This document shows positions 1 through 8,480 of a stretch of DNA of 64,000 nt, piece after piece. Under the pieces are notes generated by a model. The model ran no database searches. It was not told the origin of the DNA and worked only from the letters and a program-made list of their open reading frames with translations. How positions within the stretch are numbered: position 1 is the first letter of the stretch; the number at the start of each line of letters is the position of its first letter. The position numbers were made by a program, and so were the translations under genes. The DNA is from an uncultured bacterium (GTDB lineage: Bacteria > Patescibacteriota > Patescibacteriia > CAIQCM01): positions 971,042 through 1,035,041 of the forward strand of contig OY970181.1 in assembly GCA_963708045.1 (NCBI GenBank), given 5' to 3'.

Positions 1-131
1 GACCAATGATCTTTGTATGTCGGTTTTACAATAAGGATTTTATCTTCCACATTCAAAATAATAACACCTGCAGCCATTCGCTTGGTTGGTAGGTTGGCAA
101 TATATTCTGCTTCGGGTATTTTATTAGTCAT
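1..131 (-). CDS. NUDIX hydrolase, N-terminal part (gene runs off the left edge of the window)
   Basis: Minus-strand translation from ATG at 129-131 gives MTNKIPEAEYIANLPTKRMAAGVIILNVEDKILIVKPTYKDHW, a typical Nudix N-terminus. The ATGA overlap with the upstream ORF's stop at 128 suggests translational coupling. Confidence 0.45.
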   Translation of the reverse strand, partial: MTNKIPEAEYIANLPTKRMAAGVIILNVEDKILIVKPTYKDHW

Positions 132-334
132 AAAAAATTTCTTGGGTACACATCAAAGGGCCATGTCCCCTTCGTTCCGTTGTTTTCTAACTCGGCGTTT
201 TTATATGTCTCAAGATCTACGTTTGACTCTGTATTTTGTACGCCAGCAATTCTCGCAGTAATAATTTTTACGCCAAGATCCAATACTTCTTTTGTTATTT
301 CAAATTTTAAATCTCTCATAAAGTTAGAATCCAT
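128..334 (-). CDS. hypothetical small protein (68 aa)
   Basis: ORF on the same strand as its neighbours; its stop overlaps the start of the downstream Nudix gene (ATGA). No recognisable motif. Confidence 0.35.
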   Translation of the reverse strand: MDSNFMRDLKFEITKEVLDLGVKIITARIAGVQNTESNVDLETYKNAELENNGTKGTWPFDVYPRNFL

Positions 335-437
335 TTAAGGTTATTCTATTTTAACACTTTTTCGTTTTGAAACGTAGCGCAAAATAAGGAAATTTTTGTT
401 ACTACTTTCCAAAATTACTGGCGGGGTGACCGGTCTA

Positions 438-470
438 GTACCTAAAAACGAAGGGTTATGTTCTCTTCGT
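438..470 (-). terminator. putative rho-independent terminator downstream of the HD-domain gene
   Basis: Minus strand reads aaacgaag-agaacataaccc-cttcgttttt: a 7-8 bp stem followed by a T-run, placed just 3' of the stop at 483. Confidence 0.35.
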
Positions 471-482
471 TTTGCTTCGCTA

Positions 483-1034
483 TTAGTTTAGTTTTTCAAC
501 AGATTTCTCATACATTGGTTGTGCGATCTTTTTCGCTTTTTCGGAAGCAATACGATTAAACATCCAATCAAATTTTACTTTAATTTTTTCTTTGCCTAGA
601 GCTGGTAAAAATTTATTCAAAAATTTTTGAACATTTACTTCAAAAAAACTTAGACTATCAGCATCTTTCATTAAATCAGATTCTTCATCCCCACCTTCTT
701 CGTGATGTAAAACCATGTTATATACTCTCTTTATATCTTCTTTGGGATAACTATTTTCTCTTAAAAATTTAGATATTATTTCTGCGCCATCTTTTTGGTG
801 TTTTGCCAATTCTTCTTCGTCATTTAATTCCTTATCCTTAAAATTTTCTATCGTATTAGCCTTTCTAAAAGCCCGAGCAATATCATGAGCATAGGCGGCG
901 ATAAGCATAGGTTCATCTGCGTCTGGTTTTAATTCTTTTAACCAAAATACAGCCCTTTCAAAATGATCCATCTTTTTTTCGTTGTCCCCAGAGTTAAACG
1001 AATCAAAAACAAATTTTTTTACTTTTTCTAACAT
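483..1034 (-). CDS. HD-domain phosphohydrolase (183 aa)
   Basis: Metal-binding H...HD motif (AAYAHDIAR) with downstream LHHEE..D. Overall fold resembles the HD protein embedded in the array at 55097-55678. Confidence 0.6.
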   Translation of the reverse strand: MLEKVKKFVFDSFNSGDNEKKMDHFERAVFWLKELKPDADEPMLIAAYAHDIARAFRKANTIENFKDKELNDEEELAKHQKDGAEIISKFLRENSYPKEDIKRVYNMVLHHEEGGDEESDLMKDADSLSFFEVNVQKFLNKFLPALGKEKIKVKFDWMFNRIASEKAKKIAQPMYEKSVEKLN

Positions 1035-1129
1035 ATTTTTATTTCATTAAATCGTCTAAACTAATATCAAGAGCGTTTGCAATTTTTTTAACAATTTCTA
1101 TATAGGGTCGGGTGGACGTATTTTTATAA

Positions 1130-3844
1130 TTAAAGCTTCTCCGCCTTCTCAATACGAATAACCCCGTTCGGTTCTAGTACGGCCGTGTCGCGGCGACTGA
1201 TCTCATTTTTAAGCAAAGCTTCGGCGAGGGCGTTTTCTACTTTTTCTTGAATCACGCGGCGCATTGGGCGGGCGCCGAAGACGGGGTCAAAACCGACGGC
1301 GGCTAACTCTTTTACGGCTTCGTCGGTGGCGCGGAAGTTGATACTGCGCTTCTCAAGGTTATCGGTAATGCCGCCCATCATTAGCCAGGCGATTTGTTCA
1401 ATTTCGTCGGCGGTAAGCGGACGGAAAACAATGACGCCGTCAAAACGGTTTAAGAGTTCCGGTTTGTAAATCGCTTTTAGTTCGCGAAGCATTAGGTCGC
1501 TCTTAATTTCTTCCACCGATTTTTTGGCACGTACGGCGTCTTGAATGTAACCCGAAGCGGCGTTGGAAGTCGCGACGATAATCGTGTTGGTAAAGTCGGC
1601 GGTGCGTCCTTGGTTGTCGGTGAGCCTCCCGTCGTCCATCACTTGCAAGAAAATATTTAGAATATCTGGGTGCGCTTTTTCAAATTCATCCAAAAGAATC
1701 AAGCAAAACGGTTTGCCGCGGACAGCTTCGGTAAGCAAACCACCTTTGCTGTCCCCTGGCACGCCAACCAAGCGCGCAATAGAATCGCGCTCCTGATACT
1801 CGGACATATCCAAACGGATCATCGCGCTTTCGTCGCCAAAATATTCCGCGGCCACGGTTTTGGCAAGTTCGGTTTTGCCGACGCCGGTCGGCCCCAAGAA
1901 AAGAAAGGCGGCAATCGGACGCTTTTGCGAACGAATCTCGGCCCGAGCGCGACGCAAGGCAGCGGAAACAGCTTTAACAGCTTCTTCTTGGCCAACCACC
2001 CGTTCGTGCAAACGCGTTTCCAAGTTTAACAGCTTTTCACTTTCTTTGGCGGTCACGGCGGTCACGGGCACGTGTGACTTTTCGCTGACAATGGCGGCAA
2101 TGTCTTCGCCGTCAACAATTTTATTTTCACCGCGCGTTTTTCGCACGGCTTGCGCCGCTTCGCGCAGTACGACCATCGCTTTTTCGGGAAGCGCGCGGTC
2201 GTGCAAATAGCGGCTGCTTAACTGAACCGATTTTTCTATCGCCGCATAGGAAAAGAAAACACGCTGGTCGTATTCTATGCCGCCCACAACCGCCATAATC
2301 ATTTTTACCGCCTCGTCCTCTTCCGGCTCTAGGACTTCAATTTTCGTAAACGCGCCTGCGGCGCCGCGGCGTTCAATCGCTTCGGCAAAACGCTGAGGCG
2401 AAGTCGTCGCGATTGCGAAAAAATATCCGTGTGCAAGTTCTTGCGAAAAAATATCAAACAAATCAACGCCGCCTTCGGAAACACCAACGAGCGCGTCAAT
2501 ATTTTCAACAGCCAGAACAATGTTTCGGGCGCGGGCAATGTCGGCAAGCGCGGCCATCAGTCGTCCGCTCGCTTCCGAAGGATCGGCGCCGGCCACGAGG
2601 TCGTTTACGGAAAAGACGAGCAAGCGTTTGTCGCGCAAAATTTCGGGCACATCTTCTTCCACCATCCGCTCAGCCAATTCATAAAGCACCGAGCTTTTTC
2701 CAACACCAGCTTCACCCACAAGCAAGGCCGAATTATGTCCGCCTTCCATAACGCGAAAAACGGCGTTGAGTTCTTTTTCGCGGCCAATGGAAAACGGCAA
2801 GCGGCCAAATTGGGCGGCGCGCGTTAAGTCGTGGCAATAACGATCAAGTGTTGGCGTTGCCACCGCGGTCATTGCCCGATCCAAATTTCCCGTTGGCCGA
2901 TATGCCGCCGCGCGGCGATAGCGACTAACTCGTTCGCGCAAAAAACGATTAATGCGCAACCAAGCGGCAACGTTAACCACGGTTTTTTGATTTATGCCAA
3001 CGTCCTCAACGATTTGAATAACACTATCGTCCTGAGAAAGCGCAATCATTAGTTCGGGAATGCCGGCGCCAGGTTCGCGCGCCTTAAGCGCTTCGTTATA
3101 CGCGTCCAGAACAATTGACGCCGCCACGTTGCTAATCATCGGGTTGCCGCCCGCGTCTTTGGGAATTTTTTCCAAAGACCGCTCGGCGCGATCGTTAACG
3201 GCCGAAGGGGCAACGCCAGCGCGGCCAAAAAAAACTGCGGTTTGACGAACCTTAAGCAAAGCGGCAAAAAGATGAATCGGCAAAACTTCGGCATTACCTA
3301 AAGACGATGCCAAAAGCACGGCGTTTTCTATTGCTGTTTTTGCTTCGGGATAAAACGAAAGCGAAATATCAATTACTTTTTTTGTAAGCAGTGGTCGCGC
3401 TTCATCCCAACCAGAAACAGTTCCCAGTTTTAAGACCTCTTCGCCCCAGCCGCGGCGCGGAATTGGTTTCCGGAAATATTTTTCGCGTCGTTTGCGCGCC
3501 GAAAGCAAGAAAAACAGTAAACTGCCAAGCCAGAAAAAAATCCAAACACGGAGCTTGAGCAAATTTTCTAAATCCCAATAATTTTTTATGAAAAAATCAC
3601 CGGCAAAGAACAAAAAATACAAAAGTGAAAACGCGCCCAAAATAATAATGACGACATCAATAATCCGATTAGCATTTTTGGCGGCGCGGCGAGCGGAAAT
3701 GGAAAAAGGATCAAGCGCCTCGCGCCAGCCCACGAGCGAGTTTTCCAAAATCGCGGCGGTGCCGAGGCCGCGGCAGTTTAAACAGCGGAGTTCGCCAAGA
3801 TACCCCCGACCGCCGCAGACATTGCAAGAAAGATATTTTGCCAT
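1130..3844 (-). CDS. clpC: ClpC/ClpB-like two-ring AAA+ chaperone with an N-terminal zinc ribbon and two predicted TM helices
   Basis: Two Walker A motifs (GEAGVGKSS and GPTGVGKTELAK), sensor and arginine-finger regions, and a Clp_N-like repeat segment. The N-terminus reads CNVCGGRGYLGELRCLNCRGLG followed by two long hydrophobic stretches. Confidence 0.85.
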   Translation of the reverse strand: MAKYLSCNVCGGRGYLGELRCLNCRGLGTAAILENSLVGWREALDPFSISARRAAKNANRIIDVVIIILGAFSLLYFLFFAGDFFIKNYWDLENLLKLRVWIFFWLGSLLFFLLSARKRREKYFRKPIPRRGWGEEVLKLGTVSGWDEARPLLTKKVIDISLSFYPEAKTAIENAVLLASSLGNAEVLPIHLFAALLKVRQTAVFFGRAGVAPSAVNDRAERSLEKIPKDAGGNPMISNVAASIVLDAYNEALKAREPGAGIPELMIALSQDDSVIQIVEDVGINQKTVVNVAAWLRINRFLRERVSRYRRAAAYRPTGNLDRAMTAVATPTLDRYCHDLTRAAQFGRLPFSIGREKELNAVFRVMEGGHNSALLVGEAGVGKSSVLYELAERMVEEDVPEILRDKRLLVFSVNDLVAGADPSEASGRLMAALADIARARNIVLAVENIDALVGVSEGGVDLFDIFSQELAHGYFFAIATTSPQRFAEAIERRGAAGAFTKIEVLEPEEDEAVKMIMAVVGGIEYDQRVFFSYAAIEKSVQLSSRYLHDRALPEKAMVVLREAAQAVRKTRGENKIVDGEDIAAIVSEKSHVPVTAVTAKESEKLLNLETRLHERVVGQEEAVKAVSAALRRARAEIRSQKRPIAAFLFLGPTGVGKTELAKTVAAEYFGDESAMIRLDMSEYQERDSIARLVGVPGDSKGGLLTEAVRGKPFCLILLDEFEKAHPDILNIFLQVMDDGRLTDNQGRTADFTNTIIVATSNAASGYIQDAVRAKKSVEEIKSDLMLRELKAIYKPELLNRFDGVIVFRPLTADEIEQIAWLMMGGITDNLEKRSINFRATDEAVKELAAVGFDPVFGARPMRRVIQEKVENALAEALLKNEISRRDTAVLEPNGVIRIEKAEKL

Positions 3845-3846
3845 AT

Positions 3847-4215
3847 TTATCCGGCAATGAATAAATATTTAGCCAGTTCGTAAACCGCAAAAAGCGGCGC
3901 CGCAACATACAAAGCAAACATTATTGCCGCAAAAAAAGTCCAAACGATCATAATAATAAAGCGGCCGATAATTTCCACGAGCCGCATAAAAAAACTTATG
4001 AGTCGGCCGGTGATATCGTTTTGCCCGTACATTGGGACGAAAAGATTTTTTACCCACACGCCAAGGCCAAAACGATTCCAACCCTCCAGCCAAAAACGGC
4101 GGCACCACTTTGCCGCGTCAATAAGCCCGCGCGAATACCAAAAGAATGGCGCGGCAACAAGCCCGCCGCCAACATCATAAAAAACCGCTTTTCCCGCACT
4201 TCGTACCGCTGGCAT
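3847..4215 (-). CDS. hypothetical membrane protein
   Basis: Hydrophobic 122-aa ORF that abuts the clpC-like start. Confidence 0.4.
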   Translation of the reverse strand: MPAVRSAGKAVFYDVGGGLVAAPFFWYSRGLIDAAKWCRRFWLEGWNRFGLGVWVKNLFVPMYGQNDITGRLISFFMRLVEIIGRFIIMIVWTFFAAIMFALYVAAPLFAVYELAKYLFIAG

Positions 4216-4317
4216 ATTCTGTATGAATTATAGCAGAATATTTGAATATTCAATAACTGATATTTAATCGTCCGTAACGTAACCCCTCCTACCTCCCCTT
4301 ACCCTAAGGGGAGAAAA

Positions 4318-4348
4318 AAACAAAAACAAAAAATCAGCCTCTATGGCT
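4318..4348 (-). terminator. putative terminator of the mraZ-rsmH-ftsL operon
   Basis: On the minus strand, hairpin cagcc-ataga-ggctg is followed by atttttt gtttttgttttttt. A second hairpin, ccccttaccctaagggg, sits just beyond it. Confidence 0.4.
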
Positions 4349-4358
4349 GAAAGCTATT

Positions 4359-4397
4359 TGCGACGTGCGACGTGCGACGTGCGACGTGCGACGTGCG
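4359..4397. repeat. tandem heptamer repeat (cgacgtg/gcgacgt) x5
   Basis: The sequence is ttgcgacgtgcgacgtgcgacgtgcgacgtgcgacgtgcc. The 17-mer acgtgcgacgtgccagg recurs inside dnaX at about 20856-20872. Confidence 0.9.
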
Positions 4398-4410
4398 ACG
4401 TGCCAGGACG

Positions 4411-4761
4411 CTACCGCATCGCCACACCCGTTCTCGCCACGGTGACATATTCAACGGCAGAAGCTGGCACCATTCCAATGGCGGCGGCTTGGGTTGTTAA
4501 ATTACCAACGGTGCTGTATTCGGAAAGTTTAATTTCGTTAGCGCGCACTGTTGCCGCGCCCGTATCAACCTGTTTTTGTACTTCATTAATTTCGTAACCC
4601 ATGGAAAGCGATTTGTTTACTTCCGCGAGATAAGCGATTCCAAAACCGGCAATCAAAGCAACCGCGAGAATATTCCAAGCCACAACCGGAACGCGGGCAA
4701 AAACGCCGCGGCGAACGGGTAAGGCGTAAGAATGTGATTGCGAAAGGCAGGCAGTGGTCAT
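4411..4761 (-). CDS. ftsL: FtsL-like cell division protein (single TM plus coiled coil)
   Basis: Sits immediately downstream of rsmH, as in the conserved mraZ-rsmH-ftsL order. Has one TM segment followed by a heptad-like region. Confidence 0.5.
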   Translation of the reverse strand: MTTACLSQSHSYALPVRRGVFARVPVVAWNILAVALIAGFGIAYLAEVNKSLSMGYEINEVQKQVDTGAATVRANEIKLSEYSTVGNLTTQAAAIGMVPASAVEYVTVARTGVAMR

Positions 4762-4763
4762 TT

Positions 4764-5651
4764 TTATAGTTTGATCGCCGCGCGCAATTTAGCGCTGCGG
4801 CTTCGGGGATTAATTTGTTTTTCGTGCTCGGTAGCGAGGAGCGGTTTTTTTGTTAGAATTTTTATTTTCCTTTCGCTCGCCGCTTTCTTAAAGAATTCTT
4901 TAACGATTCTGTCTTCAAGCGAATGAAACGAAATGAAAGCGAGCGTGCCGCCGGTTTTTACAACCTCTAGCGCTTGCGGCAAAACTTTTTTTATAGAACC
5001 TAGTTCGTCGTTTACGGCAATGCGCAAAGCCTGAAAGACTCTCGTTGCCGGATGAATGCGGCCGTGTTCGTAATTTTTGGAAACGGCAGTGACGATCGCG
5101 TAAACAAGCGCGCCGGTGCTAATAATTCGTTTGTCGCGGCGAGCAACGATAATCGCCGAAGCAATGCGGTTGGCCATATGCTCTTCGCCGTACTCGGAAA
5201 AGATGCGAATGAGTTCGTCCTTTGGCCAAGTGTTTATAATCTCGGCGGCGGTGAGCGGATTGCCGACGGGGTCGTAACGCATATCCAGCGGTTCGTCGCG
5301 CTGAAAGCTAAAACCGCGGATGCGCTCTTCTATTTGCGGCGAGGAAAAACCAAAGTCGGCAAGGACGCCACTTATCGGTCCAAAATTTTGCGTTGCGACG
5401 TTTTCCGCCAGTGTTGTGTAATTGGCATTGACCGCAATTAGCCGGTCGCCGTATGTTTTAAGGTTCTCGCTTGCGACCTTGATTGCTTCCGCATCAAGAT
5501 CAAAAGCCAAAACCTTTCCATTTGGTGCCGTCTGCGTCAAAAGTTCGGCGCTGTGTCCCCCATCGCCGAGCGTGCAGTCAACGAAATTGTCACCCGCTTT
5601 GGGGTTGAGGACTTTTAGCAATTCCTCCGTTAGCACCGGTACGTGCGGCAT
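4764..5651 (-). CDS. rsmH: 16S rRNA (cytosine1402-N4)-methyltransferase RsmH/MraW
   Basis: Starts MPHVPVL and carries DCTLGDGGHS, GFSSPQ and FHSLEDR motifs. Follows mraZ. Confidence 0.9.
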   Translation of the reverse strand: MPHVPVLTEELLKVLNPKAGDNFVDCTLGDGGHSAELLTQTAPNGKVLAFDLDAEAIKVASENLKTYGDRLIAVNANYTTLAENVATQNFGPISGVLADFGFSSPQIEERIRGFSFQRDEPLDMRYDPVGNPLTAAEIINTWPKDELIRIFSEYGEEHMANRIASAIIVARRDKRIISTGALVYAIVTAVSKNYEHGRIHPATRVFQALRIAVNDELGSIKKVLPQALEVVKTGGTLAFISFHSLEDRIVKEFFKKAASERKIKILTKKPLLATEHEKQINPRSRSAKLRAAIKL

Positions 5652-5684
5652 AATTTTATTTTCACTATGGGTTCATATTATATT

Positions 5685-6116
5685 TTAGACCCCGAGCTCG
5701 CCTAACTTTTCGGCAATATCCGCGCTCGCTATTTCCGTTCGTGACTTAAACTCGTCCCACTTAGCCGCGTCCCAGATTTCCAAACGATTGTAGAGACCAG
5801 CGAGGACGACTTTTTTTCCCAGCGTCGCGTATGAACGCAGATAATCGGGAACAATCACTCTTCCTTGGCTGTCTAGTGGCGAATCCATTGCGCCAGCGAG
5901 CATTAACCGCGCAAAGGCGCGCGTGTTAGCTGAAGCAATTGGCAAATTGGCAAGGCGGGTGGCAAGCTTTTCCCATTCAGCCGCCGTGTAAACGACCAAA
6001 CAATGATCAACGCCGCGAGTAACAACCGCGCCATCGGCTAATTCTTTACGAAACTTAACCGGAATCGCGATCCGGCCTTTTTCGTCTAAAGAATGTTGAT
6101 ATTCGCCGATGAACAT
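5685..6116 (-). CDS. mraZ: transcriptional regulator MraZ
   Basis: Starts MFIGEYQHSLDEKGRIAIP and has a duplicated SpoVT/AbrB-like half with DSQGRVIVP. Confidence 0.85.
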   Translation of the reverse strand: MFIGEYQHSLDEKGRIAIPVKFRKELADGAVVTRGVDHCLVVYTAAEWEKLATRLANLPIASANTRAFARLMLAGAMDSPLDSQGRVIVPDYLRSYATLGKKVVLAGLYNRLEIWDAAKWDEFKSRTEIASADIAEKLGELGV

Positions 6117-6212
6117 AGAAAGTTATCCCCCACTTTTCACCACTTTATTACACCTTGTCTATATTATACTCCAATTTACACCACCATTCAACACCCAACC
6201 CAAACAAAAATT

Positions 6213-6240
6213 CTCGCTATTTTTAGCGAGAATTTAAGCA
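6213..6240 (-). terminator. putative terminator between the small-ORF cluster and the mraZ promoter region
   Basis: On the minus strand, ttctcgctaaaaatagcgagaa is followed by tttttgttt. Confidence 0.4.
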
Positions 6241-6373
6241 TTTTTATTTCTTGTTCGGGTTCCTCTGTGGATAAATATATACCTCTCCCCGCACGACATA
6301 TTTGGCTTAAAACAAAAAAGTTGACACTTTTATGTCCACTTTTTTATAACGAAGTTAAAATCACGAGGATTTA

Positions 6374-6622
6374 CTAATCTTTTTTTAAACCACGCAATAT
6401 AAGAAGACCGGAGGTAAGAATAAAAATCTCTTGAATAATCAAAACAGCAATCTTCCGATTCTCAAGATGTTTAAAATAGTCCGGAGCTTCTTGAAAAACG
6501 TACCCTGTGACATTATCGGAGCGCCATTCGTCGTTCCATACCTCTTCGTGGCGCGAAAAATTGAACCAAAGGATACCAACCGTAAGAACAGCGACAACTA
6601 GGGATGGTGTGAGTTTAAACAT
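6374..6622 (-). CDS. hypothetical membrane protein
   Basis: 82-aa ORF with one TM segment; first gene of a five-gene small-ORF cluster. Confidence 0.35.
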   Translation of the reverse strand: MFKLTPSLVVAVLTVGILWFNFSRHEEVWNDEWRSDNVTGYVFQEAPDYFKHLENRKIAVLIIQEIFILTSGLLILRGLKKD

Positions 6623-6623
6623 A

Positions 6624-6947
6624 CTATTTTTTTAGATTTTTAGCATTAAGGTAGTCACGAAAAAAGAAACCAAGCAGAATCAGGGCAACGGATTTTGCGT
6701 TTATAGCAATCTCTGAAAAGAGCTTAGAAAGTGCACGTACCCCTTCGGTATCAGGAAGGATGTGCTGTGTCACCCCAGCTAAAATAACAAGAACAAGAAA
6801 GGCAATCAGAGCAACTGCCAAAATAATCATCAAAATAATCTGAATAATAAGGAGCCATGTTTCAAACCATTGAGACCTTCGCCATTCAGGGAGGTCTGTT
6901 TCTGGGATACTATCAACGATCGTTGGTCTCACCTTCTTTTGAGACAT
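6624..6947 (-). CDS. hypothetical membrane protein
   Basis: 107 aa with two TM segments; separated from its neighbour by 1 nt. Confidence 0.35.
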   Translation of the reverse strand: MSQKKVRPTIVDSIPETDLPEWRRSQWFETWLLIIQIILMIILAVALIAFLVLVILAGVTQHILPDTEGVRALSKLFSEIAINAKSVALILLGFFFRDYLNAKNLKK

Positions 6948-6950
6948 ACA

Positions 6951-7169
6951 TTACAAGCGGCGAATATCAATAACGTATTTCTGATTTCCTTTTTCAAAGG
7001 TTACACTGTTTCCATCCTTCGCTACATCCATTAACGCAATGCCCTTTTTTAGAACTTCGGCTAGATCATTTTCCGGGATATTCAATTCTCGCGCGACTTT
7101 TTTTAGTCGCGCGAGTGCGCCATTCCTGAACGTGACGCTAAATTCATCCTGTTTTTCTTCATCTGCCAT
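6951..7169 (-). CDS. hypothetical small protein (paralog of the 7468-7713 product)
   Basis: Shares the pattern V.F.NG..L..LKK....L with the ORF at 7468-7713. Confidence 0.35.
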   Translation of the reverse strand: MADEEKQDEFSVTFRNGALARLKKVARELNIPENDLAEVLKKGIALMDVAKDGNSVTFEKGNQKYVIDIRRL

Positions 7170-7183
7170 ATTGATAATCGCCT

Positions 7184-7465
7184 TTATTTAACAATCTTAT
7201 CGGCTAATTTTGTAACTACAGAACTAAGGAAACTGGTAAAAAGTAATACCGCAATCGTCCCAATTATCCAAAACAACTTTTCTTTTATCACTCCCCAAAT
7301 TAACGACTTGATTTCTGTTTGGAGCGGTACAGAGTCTTTTACCGCCCCGCAAACCTTACAATCAAAATCCTTTCCCTCAAATCCTTTTCGGAACGTTTCA
7401 AGATCATCAATCCTTTGTAGGTTTGTATTGGCTTGTAAATCGTCCGACTGTCGTTGAGGAGGCAT
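7184..7465 (-). CDS. hypothetical membrane protein with an N-terminal CxxC-like region
   Basis: Contains DCKVCGAVKD plus a C-terminal TM segment. Confidence 0.35.
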   Translation of the reverse strand: MPPQRQSDDLQANTNLQRIDDLETFRKGFEGKDFDCKVCGAVKDSVPLQTEIKSLIWGVIKEKLFWIIGTIAVLLFTSFLSSVVTKLADKIVK

Positions 7466-7467
7466 AT

Positions 7468-7713
7468 TTAGGAAGAAACTTCAACGGAAGGCGCCGGGTC
7501 TTTTTTTAATTTTTCTGACGGAACAAAATTTCCCTTCCCATTACTTATTGGCTTCCCTTCCGCTTCTGAAATTATGGATAACATAAAACTAAGAGCCTCG
7601 CTCTCACCTTTTAATGCGTAGTCCTCGACTATTTTTTTTAGTGCCAAAACATGGCCGTTATCCATTTCAACCGTTAACTTACCATTTCCAGGATCGGTTA
7701 CGTTTATTGACAT
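7468..7713 (-). CDS. hypothetical small protein
   Basis: 81-aa ORF packed 2 nt from the next gene. Confidence 0.35.
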   Translation of the reverse strand: MSINVTDPGNGKLTVEMDNGHVLALKKIVEDYALKGESEALSFMLSIISEAEGKPISNGKGNFVPSEKLKKDPAPSVEVSS

Positions 7714-7810
7714 ATTTTCCTTATTATTTTTTGTAGATTCTTATATCATACCTATCGTTATGAATACCGTCAACACTAAAAAAATTAGCTTCATATCTAC
7801 CCTTAAACGG

Positions 7811-7999
7811 CTAGTATCTTTCCGAGCAACAAAGAAAAACATACCCTATCGTTGTGCCGGTTGTTCCAATGAAAAACAAACCACCAAGATAAGCCCATGA
7901 ACGCTTCTTATTAACGGATTTGTTCGTTCCGGCGATTGAACGCTTGAAGTGCGTCCAAAAGTTCTCGACGCTGTTGTAATAGAAATAGTTGTGGATAAA
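7811..7999 (-). pseudogene. remnant of an IS1595/ISXO2-like transposase (C-terminal about 60 aa only)
   Basis: Minus-strand translation gives YYNSVENFWTHFKRSIAGTNKSVNKKRSWAYLGG. This matches the conserved N-T-I-E-G/N-F-W-S-L-L-K-R-G-I-x-G-T block near the C-terminus of IS1595-family transposases, and there is no intact upstream ORF. Confidence 0.4.
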
Positions 8000-8001
8000 T
8001 A

Positions 8002-8241
8002 TTATTTGAATTTTTTCAAGCCAAGATCCTTATCATTAAAATGTGGTTTAGTAGGAGAAACTAAAATCAATCCAAAGACGAGGGTTAACAATTTTCCGGC
8101 GTCATAAATAAACGCATCCGTATCGGCAAGCGGTAAAAAGCCGAGATATGGTTTGTTTATGTCCATTATAAAACTAACCAAAAAGATTGCGAGAAGAATT
8201 AAGCCAAACGAACGGCGAATGTCGTATTTCTTTTGTTCCAT
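8002..8241 (-). CDS. hypothetical membrane protein
   Basis: 79 aa with two hydrophobic segments. Confidence 0.3.
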   Translation of the reverse strand: MEQKKYDIRRSFGLILLAIFLVSFIMDINKPYLGFLPLADTDAFIYDAGKLLTLVFGLILVSPTKPHFNDKDLGLKKFK

Positions 8242-8338
8242 AAATATATTTTCAGTCTAGCACATTTTTGTTATTGCGGAGATTGATTAACCCCTCCCTT
8301 TGGTATGCAAAGATGATGAGGTGGAACGAAAAATCTTG

Positions 8339-8455
8339 TCCTCCCTTTGGTAAAAGGGAGGGTAGGGAGAGTTCTGTTTTATTACGTTAAAGTTATTTAC
8401 GGCGAAACGAACTCCCCCTACCCCCTCTTTTGCAAAGAGTGGGCTAAGATTTTTC
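8339..8455 (+). repeat. structured intergenic repeat, copy 1 (plus a half-copy at about 8290-8312)
   Basis: ccctccctttggtaaaagggagggtagggagagttctgttttattacgttaaagttatttacggcgaaacgaactccccctaccccctcttttgcaaagagtgggctaag. The same sequence occurs at 43436, 43644 and 46551. Confidence 0.9.
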
Positions 8456-8480
8456 CAGCAACACAGTTATTATCACTATC

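Noticed and set aside
1563-3245. Multiple plus-strand ORFs of 60-130 aa inside the clpC-like gene (and similar antisense ORFs inside uvrA, uvrB, dnaX, the P-type ATPase, the histidine kinase and the array genes)
   Set aside because: They lie antisense within well-supported long genes and have Arg/Ser/Pro-rich composition with no motifs, typical of spurious antisense ORFs.
4343-4597. Plus-strand ORFs 4343-4597 and 20753-21028 sharing RATCDVP peptides
   Set aside because: The similarity comes from the shared GCGACGT-type DNA repeat. One is antisense to ftsL and the other antisense to dnaX.
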